Assembly: GCA_965203055.1 (NCBI GenBank)
Contig: OZ241863.1
Coordinates: 2,944,001-3,008,000 of the forward strand
Reading direction: 5' to 3'
From: Spirochaetia bacterium
Lineage (GTDB): Bacteria; Spirochaetota; Spirochaetia; SZUA-6; Bin103
DNA length: 64,000 nt
Part shown: positions 46,614-56,922 of the stretch, piece after piece
How the letters are laid out: every line of letters begins with the position of its first letter
How positions within the stretch are numbered: position 1 is the stretch's first letter
Position numbers and translations under genes: made by a program
Notes under the pieces: generated by a model
Seen by the model: only the letters and a program-made list of their open reading frames with translations
Database searches by the model: none
Told to the model about the DNA's origin: nothing

Positions 46614-48947
46614 TCATTCGCCGGAGTCGGCCTCACGGCCCTGCGCCGCGGCCGGCGCCGCAATCTCCGCGCTCCAGAGCTGGCCTTCGCCGCTGATGAA
46701 CTGGCCGGTGCGGAGGCCGGCGATCTCATACTTCGGCAACGGCGCCAGCGCCACGCACGCCGCGCCGAACAGCGCCCCGTGTTCCCGGTAGTCGAAGTCC
46801 CGGTTCTCGAAGCCGCGCAGCCGGTCTTGCGGGGACAGAGCCCCGGCGTCCGCGGGAATCACGTGCAGGAAGAACCGCGCCCGCAGGTCCTCCGCCGCGC
46901 ACGGCTCCTTGTGATACGCCAGCACCGTTCCGTTCAGATAGAGGTCGAACGCTCCGCGCGCGGCCGGCGCTCCCCAGGCGCCGGAGCGGATCGCGGCGCT
47001 CGCATCCCGATAGCGCTGCGCGGTCGGTCCGGCCGCGAACTCGACGCTCCACAGTTGGGGCCAGCCGCGGGTTTCGAACTGCCCGGTACGGATGCGCGTG
47101 AACTCGTAATCGGGCAGTGCCACGACCGCCACGCAGGCGCCGTCGATCCGCGCGCCGCCCTCCCAGAGATAGAAGTCCCAGTTGTCGAACCCCGACTCCC
47201 GCTGGTGGGCGGGCAGGTCGGCGGCATCCGCGGGGAAGACGTGCAGGGAGAACTTCTTCTCATCCAGGTCCTCCACCGGGCAGCTATCCTTGACATAGGT
47301 CAGCGTGGTGCCGTCGAGATACAGGTCGTAGTCCGAACTGGCGACCGGCTCCCGCGACCGTGCGGAGCGGTACGCTTCCCGGAAGTCGGCCACGGTCGCA
47401 GCGTCGAGCTGCGCCGGGTCGAGGGCGGCCACCGTGAGGATGGTGTTGTGGTAGATGCGGCGCGCATAGACCGCGGGCGAGAACGGGAAGCTGCGGCGGT
47501 GATTGGCACGAGTATGATTGGTGATGGCGTAGTGATGGGTCGCCGCGGCGTCATGCGCGCGGTCGGAGATGACGATTCTGCGGCGCTCGGCCGCCGGGAG
47601 TATGCGCAGATTGGCGCTGACGAGCGCGTATCTCCAGTTCTTCGCCGCAACGACGTGGACCGTTTCCTGCGGGTGGCGGCGGAGCAGATGCTCCAGCCCC
47701 TCGCGGTAGGCCGGCCCCCAGTACTCCATCTCGTAGCGGGTGCGCAGGTATTCGGGGGTGCGGCGGTCGACCAGGAAGTTGAAGTAGACCATCTGATGGG
47801 GATGGATCAGCGCCATCTCGACCGCGGCCGCGGCCAAGCCCGCCGCGGCCAGCGCGTAGATGCCGCGCCGGAGCCACCGCCGCCCGCCCCGCGGCGGCAG
47901 CAGCCGGCGCAGGCCGTAGACCGCCAGCAGGGCCAGCGGCGCGGCCAGGAAGTACATCTGCCGCCAGCCGTTGTAGAGATTGGCGTCGACCGCGATGACG
48001 GCCGCGACCGGCAGCGCCAGGCAGGCGACCAGCAGCGCCCCGAAGCGCGTGACGGGGGTGTTGCGGAGGACCTCGCGCGGGCGCGTCAGGCTGCGCGCGA
48101 ACACGGCGACGATTCCGGCCAGGCTCAGCAGCAGCGCCGCCGGCGGCGTGGTGATCGCCATCCAGGTCGGCAGGTAGTGCGGCGGAACCTCCGGCCAGCG
48201 CACCATTTCGCCTTGAAACAGTGTTGGAATAGGGGAGGGATGGCGCGCGAACGTGACGACGGCGTCGATCAGCTCAAACGGGTCGCGCCAGAGATGGGGC
48301 GAGACCGCGTACAGGGCCGCCGCCGCGGCCAGCAGGAACGCCCCGGCGGTCGCCAGCGCGCGCCTCCGCTCCGCCGGCCCATGCGCCTGCAGCAGGTCGA
48401 GCGCCCGCAGCGCCGGCACCGCGGCGCACAGCAGCAGGCCCATGACGCGCAGGTTGACCAGCACGCCCACGCCCAGCCCGCAGAGCGCGAACGCCCCGGC
48501 GGTGTCGCGGCGGAAGGCGCGCTGCACCAAGTAGAGCGCGATCATGAACATCGCCAGGAAGGGGATGTCCTTGGTGTTGAAGAAGGAGTGGGCGTACAGG
48601 CGGGGCTGCAGCAGGAACAGCAGCAGGGCGAACAGCGCCAGCCGGCGGTCGCGGAACAGGCGGAAGGCGAGCAGCCAGCAGAAGAAGCCGCCGGTGAGGA
48701 AGAACAGGTGGGTCAGCAGGTGGCGGCTGAGGTAGACGGCGCGGCTGTCGGTGAGGCCGAGCAGCCGTTCGACCAGGATCAGCGGCGCCTCGAACGCGAC
48801 TCCGTAGTACCGGTTGTGGTCGGTCGGCAGGGCGCCGGCGTCGCCCAGCGCGTAGGCGATCCGCGTCTGGCCGATGCGGCGCTGGTGGTGCTCATCCCAC
48901 GATATGCCGTAGTCGTCGAGCACGGCGGCGCCCAGCGCCGCGAACAC
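46614..48947 (-). CDS. GT-C type membrane glycosyltransferase paralog GT7 (near-duplicate of GT1)
   Basis: Homology (PWRDALIAL) extends to 48977 but there is no in-frame start before TM1; 5' end abuts the 8-bp repeat tract. Confidence 0.75.
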   Translation of the reverse strand: MFAALGAAVLDDYGISWDEHHQRRIGQTRIAYALGDAGALPTDHNRYYGVAFEAPLILVERLLGLTDSRAVYLSRHLLTHLFFLTGGFFCWLLAFRLFRDRRLALFALLLFLLQPRLYAHSFFNTKDIPFLAMFMIALYLVQRAFRRDTAGAFALCGLGVGVLVNLRVMGLLLCAAVPALRALDLLQAHGPAERRRALATAGAFLLAAAAALYAVSPHLWRDPFELIDAVVTFARHPSPIPTLFQGEMVRWPEVPPHYLPTWMAITTPPAALLLSLAGIVAVFARSLTRPREVLRNTPVTRFGALLVACLALPVAAVIAVDANLYNGWRQMYFLAAPLALLAVYGLRRLLPPRGGRRWLRRGIYALAAAGLAAAAVEMALIHPHQMVYFNFLVDRRTPEYLRTRYEMEYWGPAYREGLEHLLRRHPQETVHVVAAKNWRYALVSANLRILPAAERRRIVISDRAHDAAATHHYAITNHTRANHRRSFPFSPAVYARRIYHNTILTVAALDPAQLDAATVADFREAYRSARSREPVASSDYDLYLDGTTLTYVKDSCPVEDLDEKKFSLHVFPADAADLPAHQRESGFDNWDFYLWEGGARIDGACVAVVALPDYEFTRIRTGQFETRGWPQLWSVEFAAGPTAQRYRDASAAIRSGAWGAPAARGAFDLYLNGTVLAYHKEPCAAEDLRARFFLHVIPADAGALSPQDRLRGFENRDFDYREHGALFGAACVALAPLPKYEIAGLRTGQFISGEGQLWSAEIAAPAAAQGREADSGE

Positions 48948-48980
48948 CGCCAGCGCGATGAGCGCGTCACGCCACGGCGT

Positions 48981-49139
48981 GTTCGGCGGTTCGGCGGTTC
49001 GGCGGTTCGGCGGTTCGGCGGTTCGGCGGTTCGGCGGTTCGGCGGTTCGGCGGTTCGGCGGTTCGGCGGTTCGGCGGTTCGGCGGTTCGGCGGTTCGGCG
49101 GTTCGGCGGTTCGGCGGTTCGGCGGTTCGGCGGTTCGGC
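48981..49139. repeat. Simple sequence repeat (GGTTCGGC), 19 full units plus one 7-bp partial
   Basis: 159 bp, counted directly. Confidence 0.97.
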
Positions 49140-49311
49140 ACAGGATGCCTCGTATTGCCATAAGGTGTCAACCTACTCGGCATTTTCATTTGCTTTTGCT
49201 GCTGCATTTTGCTGCTTGCCTTGCCGCACGTAACCTCTTCCTCGAACACCGGCGGTTGCCTTGAACTGCTCTACTTTGCCGTCACCCGGTGGGGACTGGC
49301 CGCTCGTTCGG

Positions 49312-51246
49312 CTACTCGCCGGCCGGCACCGCAATCTCCGCGCTCCAGAGCCGCCCTCCGCCGGCGCTGAACTGGCCGGTCCGGACGTGGGAGATCTCAT
49401 ACTCCGGGAGGGTCGCGGCCACCAGGCAGGCGCCGTCCCAGAACACGCCGCGCGGCCGTTCATCGAAATGAAAGTCGAGATTGTCGAATCCCTGCTCGCG
49501 GCTGCCGGAGGGCAGATCGTCTACGGCGATCGGAACGACGTGCAGAAAGAAGCGCGCCCGGACATCCCGCGGCGCGCAGGGTTCCTTCACGTATACCAGC
49601 CGGTCCCCTGCCCGATACACGTCGAACGCCCCGCCGGCGGCGAGCTGCCGGCCGTCCAGGGCCGCCGCCAGCTCTTCGAACCGCGCCCGTTCCTTGGCCA
49701 GGTAGTAGTCCTTCTCGAACGTCGCGGCGCGCGCGTGCGCGGGCGCCGCCGCCGGCGGCCGCAGCATGGTTTCGCCCATGATCGCCCCGATGCCGCCGTA
49801 GGCTCGATAGCGCGTCGGCAAGGGCCGATCCGCATGCAATGGCAGGTTATCGCCTCGGAACACTTCGTTGCCGGCGGCGTCCACCTCCACGATCGTGTCA
49901 TGGAAGCTGATCAGGGTATTGCCGCTGCGCAGCCGGTACGCGCTGCCCTTGCCCCTCGTGTAGATGTCCGGCGTCGGCCGGTATTCCCACACTTTCACCG
50001 CAGTGCCGGCCGCCTCGTCCAGCCGCAGCTCCAGCGCGCGCGAGTAGGCGCCGCCCTCCGAATCGGGCCGCCCCCAGCCGTTGTCGAACAGCAGAACGTT
50101 GCCGTTGCCGAGCTGCGCCGCCGTGTGCTGCCCGTAGAACCGGTCGTTCGGGTCCGGGAACCGGTAATCGCTGTCCGGCCCGTGCAGTTGCCACTCGATC
50201 GCCCGCAAGTCGGCGCTGAGCGAGACCACCTGATTGCGCACGCGGGACGACAGGATGACGTTGCCGCGCGGACCGACGCTCACCGAGTTGAGGCCCGTCC
50301 ACTGGAAGACGGCGTTGTTTGATCTCGTTCTCGTATCGCGCAGTGCCGGGTCCAGCAGGTCCCAGGCGTCCTTCGAGTCCCAGACCTGCTCGAAGTGTCC
50401 GCTTTCCCGGTCATAGACGCGCAGATTGTCGACCCCGAACGCAGCTTCCGCCGGCCCGCCGTTCGCCGAGTCGTCGAAGACGACGGACTTCCGGGTCAGG
50501 TAGATCACCCGGCCATCGGCGAGCACGGTGAGCTCATGGTGGGGATGCCCCGCGGGGCCGTCCCGCTCGAACCGGTTGACCATTGCTCCCAATGGGGTGA
50601 TCTCGACCATGCTGTGATATACGAAGAGCAAGTTGCCGTCGGAAAGCTGCGCGATGGGGCCGCCGAACCCCCCTTCATGTTCATGGTACCAGACTATTCC
50701 ACCCACCTCGTCCCAGAAGACGTAGTACCCGCGCGGGTAGTCGGACAGGATGAGCGGCTGCGAGCTCCTGCCGCGCACCTGCAACGGAATGGCGGCGAGG
50801 GGCAGCGGCAGCGGTCCGGTGGTGAACCGGCCGTCCGGCCCGGCGGCCGCATCCGCATCCGCGCCGTCCAGCGCGGCCTCGTCCGTCACGGAGCCGTTCA
50901 CCACGAAGATGGTGTAGTCGTAGGTCGTCTCCGGGCGCAGCCTGACGACCGGGATGGCGTGCGCCGCGCCGGGTTCGCTCAGCGGCGTGCGGTAGCGGCC
51001 GGCCTGCGGGTTGTCGTACTCGACGAACACCCGCGCGGCGCGGGCCAGCGCCACCCGCACCTCGACGATCAGCGCGTTGCGCTCGCTGAACGAGGCGTCG
51101 TGCCGCAGGACGGCGGGCGCGTCCGCGGACGCCGGCGCCGCGCCGAACACGATAAACGCAGCCGCCAGCGCCGGCACCAGGCTAGACCGACCATACGGCG
51201 GTCGACGATCTAGCGTCACGCCGGGCGCCGTCAAGATCGATTTCAT
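49312..51246 (-). CDS. Secreted arylsulfotransferase paralog 5
   Basis: ASST motifs but WTGLNSV instead of WTHLNSV. Upstream TTGTCC-N18-TAGAAT. Confidence 0.8.
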   Translation of the reverse strand: MKSILTAPGVTLDRRPPYGRSSLVPALAAAFIVFGAAPASADAPAVLRHDASFSERNALIVEVRVALARAARVFVEYDNPQAGRYRTPLSEPGAAHAIPVVRLRPETTYDYTIFVVNGSVTDEAALDGADADAAAGPDGRFTTGPLPLPLAAIPLQVRGRSSQPLILSDYPRGYYVFWDEVGGIVWYHEHEGGFGGPIAQLSDGNLLFVYHSMVEITPLGAMVNRFERDGPAGHPHHELTVLADGRVIYLTRKSVVFDDSANGGPAEAAFGVDNLRVYDRESGHFEQVWDSKDAWDLLDPALRDTRTRSNNAVFQWTGLNSVSVGPRGNVILSSRVRNQVVSLSADLRAIEWQLHGPDSDYRFPDPNDRFYGQHTAAQLGNGNVLLFDNGWGRPDSEGGAYSRALELRLDEAAGTAVKVWEYRPTPDIYTRGKGSAYRLRSGNTLISFHDTIVEVDAAGNEVFRGDNLPLHADRPLPTRYRAYGGIGAIMGETMLRPPAAAPAHARAATFEKDYYLAKERARFEELAAALDGRQLAAGGAFDVYRAGDRLVYVKEPCAPRDVRARFFLHVVPIAVDDLPSGSREQGFDNLDFHFDERPRGVFWDGACLVAATLPEYEISHVRTGQFSAGGGRLWSAEIAVPAGE

Positions 51247-51362
51247 CGTTGCGGGATTCTACGCGCGCGGTTGCGCGCCGGACAACCGCCACGCCAGCCC
51301 TCATGGTTTCCTGACCGCCGCGCAGGCGCCGTCGAACGGCACGCCGGCGCTGGGGCGGGGCG

Positions 51363-52910
51363 TCAGGCGCGGGCCACCTCGAAGGCGGCGATGGTGCGCG
51401 TCGCGCGGCTGAACTCCACGCCGAGCAGGTGGATCGGTTCGCCCAGGCCGCGGTACTTCTCCGCGTAGCCGCGCGCCCGCAACTGCGCCAGCGCCGCCCC
51501 GTCGGGCTCCAGCTCCACCACCTTGAACTCGAACAGATAGACGTTGCCCCGGTACCGCACCGCCAGATCGACCCGCCCGCGGCTGCTCGAATCCTCCACC
51601 GTGACGTCCAGCCCCACCGCCGCGAACCAGGAGTAGCAGACGCTCGCGTAGTAGCCCTCGTAGCGCGCGATGTCGTTGCGCGTGTGCCACTCATACGGGA
51701 TGCCGGCGAAGAACGCCCGGAACAGCCGCTCCAGTCCGGCGAAGTCGTTCGCCGCCAGCAGCCGCTCCAACGCCGTGTCCTGCGCCAGCCGGCGCGCTGC
51801 TGCGGGCGCCAGCGCCCGCAGCAGGCGTTCGTTCAGAGCGAGCCGCACTTCGCGGTTGGGGTAGCCGAGCCGGTAGCGCGGTCCGCGCGCCGAGTGCTCG
51901 ACGCTGCGGATGGTCAGATAGCCGGTCTGGAACAGCAGCGCCTCGGGCTCCATCTCGTCCACGTCGAACGCGGACAGCAGCTCGCCGCCGGCCAACATGC
52001 CGTCCAGCTCGGGCGATGCGACGCCGCGCTTGATCAGGATGTCGATCAGAAACGACGGCGTACCGGTCTCGAACCAATGGGCGGCGAATTCCCGGCGGTC
52101 GAACAGCAGCAGGATGTCGAACGGGTTGTAGACCCGATCGTCACCGCGCCAGTTGTAGCCGTTGTACCAATCGCGGATCTCCTCCCGGTCCAGCCCCGGC
52201 AACTCCGCCGCGAACACCGTGTCGAGGTCGGCCTCGGTGTAGCCGCAGATCGCCGCATAGCGCGGATCCAGCGTGATGTCGATCAGATTGTTGAGGCCGG
52301 AGAAGACGCTGACCTTGGAGAACTTGCTCACCCCGGTCAGCAGCGTGAAGTGGATGTGGGCGTCGGCGAACTTCACGTTCGAGTACAGGCTGCGCAGCAG
52401 GCGGCGGTTGGCGGCCGCGATCGCCGGCGTCCCCAGCGCGTCCAGGATCGGCTTGTCGTACTCGTCGATCAGCACCGCTACCCGCCGGCCGGCGCTCCGG
52501 TGCAACTCCTCCAGCAGGCGCCGGAAGCGGATCGGCGCGGAGGCGCTGCGCGCGCTCGCGCCGGCGGCCGTCTCGAGCGCCGTCAACTGGTCGGCCAAGT
52601 CTTCTTGCAGGCCGTCCGGCGCCGCGTAGTCGCCGCCGCCGAAGTCGAGGCGAACCACCGGGCGGCGTTTCGACCACTCCCAGTGGTCGTGCACGTGCAG
52701 GCCGCGGAACAGATCCTCGCTGCCCTCGAACAGTTCCTTGATGGTGTCGACCAGCAGGCTCTTGCCGAAGCGGCGCGGGCGCGACAGGAAGTAGTGCGTG
52801 CCTCCCCGTACCAGGCTGAGGATGAAGGCGGTCTTGTCGACGTAGTAGCAGTCATCCTTGCGGAGCTTGCGGAAGGTCTGGATGCCGGTCGGCAGCTTCC
52901 TCCTCATCAT
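51363..52910 (-). CDS. AAA-ATPase/PD-(D/E)XK copy 6
   Basis: Full-length, MMRRKLP start, all motifs. Confidence 0.9.
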   Translation of the reverse strand: MMRRKLPTGIQTFRKLRKDDCYYVDKTAFILSLVRGGTHYFLSRPRRFGKSLLVDTIKELFEGSEDLFRGLHVHDHWEWSKRRPVVRLDFGGGDYAAPDGLQEDLADQLTALETAAGASARSASAPIRFRRLLEELHRSAGRRVAVLIDEYDKPILDALGTPAIAAANRRLLRSLYSNVKFADAHIHFTLLTGVSKFSKVSVFSGLNNLIDITLDPRYAAICGYTEADLDTVFAAELPGLDREEIRDWYNGYNWRGDDRVYNPFDILLLFDRREFAAHWFETGTPSFLIDILIKRGVASPELDGMLAGGELLSAFDVDEMEPEALLFQTGYLTIRSVEHSARGPRYRLGYPNREVRLALNERLLRALAPAAARRLAQDTALERLLAANDFAGLERLFRAFFAGIPYEWHTRNDIARYEGYYASVCYSWFAAVGLDVTVEDSSSRGRVDLAVRYRGNVYLFEFKVVELEPDGAALAQLRARGYAEKYRGLGEPIHLLGVEFSRATRTIAAFEVARA

Positions 52911-52946
52911 GGGCGCGTCTTGGTGCGGCGCGGTCACGGCCCGGCC

Positions 52947-52976
52947 ATGATAGACTGAACGCCGCGCGGCTATCAT
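52947..52976. repeat. Intergenic palindrome copy (ATGATA-N18-TATCAT)
   Basis: atgatagac...ggctatcat followed by ccgctcatccgcc. Confidence 0.85.
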
Positions 52977-52995
52977 CCGCTCATCCGCCCGGCTT

Positions 52996-53543
52996 TCATG
53001 GCCCCTGCGCCGCGGCCGGCGCCGCAAGCTCCGCGCTCCAGAGCTGGCCTTGGCCGCTGATGAACTGGCCGGTGCGGAGGCGGGCGATCCCATACTCCGG
53101 CAACGGCGCCAGCGCCACGCACGCCGCGCCGAGCCGCGCCCCGTGTTCCCGGTAGTCGAAGTCCCGGTTCTCGAAGCCGTGCGGCCGGTCTTGCGGGGAG
53201 AGGTCGCCGGCGTCCGCCGGAATCACGTGCAGGAAGAACCGCGCCCGCAGGTCCTCCGCCGCGCACGGCTCCTTGTGATATGCCAGCGCCGTTCCGTTCA
53301 GATAGAGGTCGAACGCTCCGCGCGCGGCCGGCGCTCCCCAGGTACCGGAGCGGATAGCGGCGCGCGCCTCCCGATAGCGCTGCGCGGTCGGTCCGGCCGC
53401 GAACTCCATGCTCCACAGTTGGGACCGGCCCCGCGCAGCGAGTTGCCCGGTACGGATGCGCGTGAATTCGTAGTCGGGCAGTGCCACGACCGCCACGCAG
53501 GCGCCGTCGAGCCGCATGCCGCCCTCCCAGAGGTAGAAGTCCA
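52996..53543 (-). pseudogene. 5'-truncated glycosyltransferase remnant (1.5 two-Cys domains)
   Basis: Begins abruptly at DFYLWEGG; homology stops at 53543. Confidence 0.85.
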
Positions 53544-53629
53544 AAGTATGAGGGAACAGAAAGCCTGCGTGAACGTATTCGTCATCTTCTTCCGGACGAT
53601 TCGGTATACGGTCGGCGTCTTAGGAGACC

Positions 53630-54000
53630 ATGGTAACCAGAAGTACATGGGAGGCGGCGCTTGAGGACGCCGAAAAGAAGCTAGAGGACGGGAATGTTAT
53701 TTCGGCACTCAACCCCCTCCAGGAAGCAGCCCGGCAACTATCCGCCGAACTCGAAGCTAAACATCGGCTCGAAGGTGATAATGAGGATGTCAAGGTAGTC
53801 CACTACACGTCAATCGAGACCATCCACGCGTTGCTTACAGAGCCCTCGAAGCAGTATCTGCGGCTTATACGACTCGGTGCATCTCACCGATCCACAAGAG
53901 GGAAGGTATGTCTTCAAAGAAATTGAATTGGGAAAGAATCAAAGTGGCTTGAATCTTCCGTCAGCCACGCCTATATCATCTCAACTCGAAATGGGAAGAC
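53630..54000 (+). pseudogene. Frameshifted DUF2971-like gene remnant in lower-GC DNA
   Basis: VVHYTSIETI...YLRL, then a +1 shift gives YDSVHLTDPQEG, resembling the HYT...L.L....NDP.EG N-terminus of that family. The 3' limit is approximate. Confidence 0.5.
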
Positions 54001-54208
54001 TGGACCGAAGGTCTATGTCTCGGAGATTCCCTACCGAACAATCTGATACTTGATTATCTCGAAGGGCTGACACGATGGCCAAGGTGGTGTAGCAACCAAG
54101 GGCGCGACGCCTTCCCTCCGCAACGGTGAGCGCTTCCAGTGCCGCGTGGGCGCCGGTCTCGGTGACGGCGGGTCTAGCAGACAGATTTGTTGCAGTCAGG
54201 CGGTTATG

Positions 54209-56806
<2,598 letters not shown>

Positions 56807-56922
56807 CGCTCGCTCCCGCCGGTGCGAAGATACTTACCGCCAACCGCCCCGGCAAAGCGCCCGGCAGGCCGGCAGCGCGCGGCGGCTTGACCCCCGGCCG
56901 GCGCTGGTCTACAACGGCCGCC

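Noticed and set aside
44111..49139. CRISPR array
   Set aside because: Repeats are contiguous 8-mers without spacers; no cas genes seen.
5027..49163. Very long plus-strand ORFs (e.g. 5027-7804, 15206-18094, 24262-27597, 46557-49163)
   Set aside because: Antisense shadows of GC-rich minus-strand genes, with no recognisable motifs.
13050..51246. Diversity-generating retroelement behind the variable loops
   Set aside because: No reverse transcriptase or template repeat seen; variation includes indels and is not visibly adenine-restricted.
3791..53543. Integron with attC sites
   Set aside because: No tyrosine recombinase in the window, and the junction palindromes lack RYYYAAC/GTTRRRY core sites.
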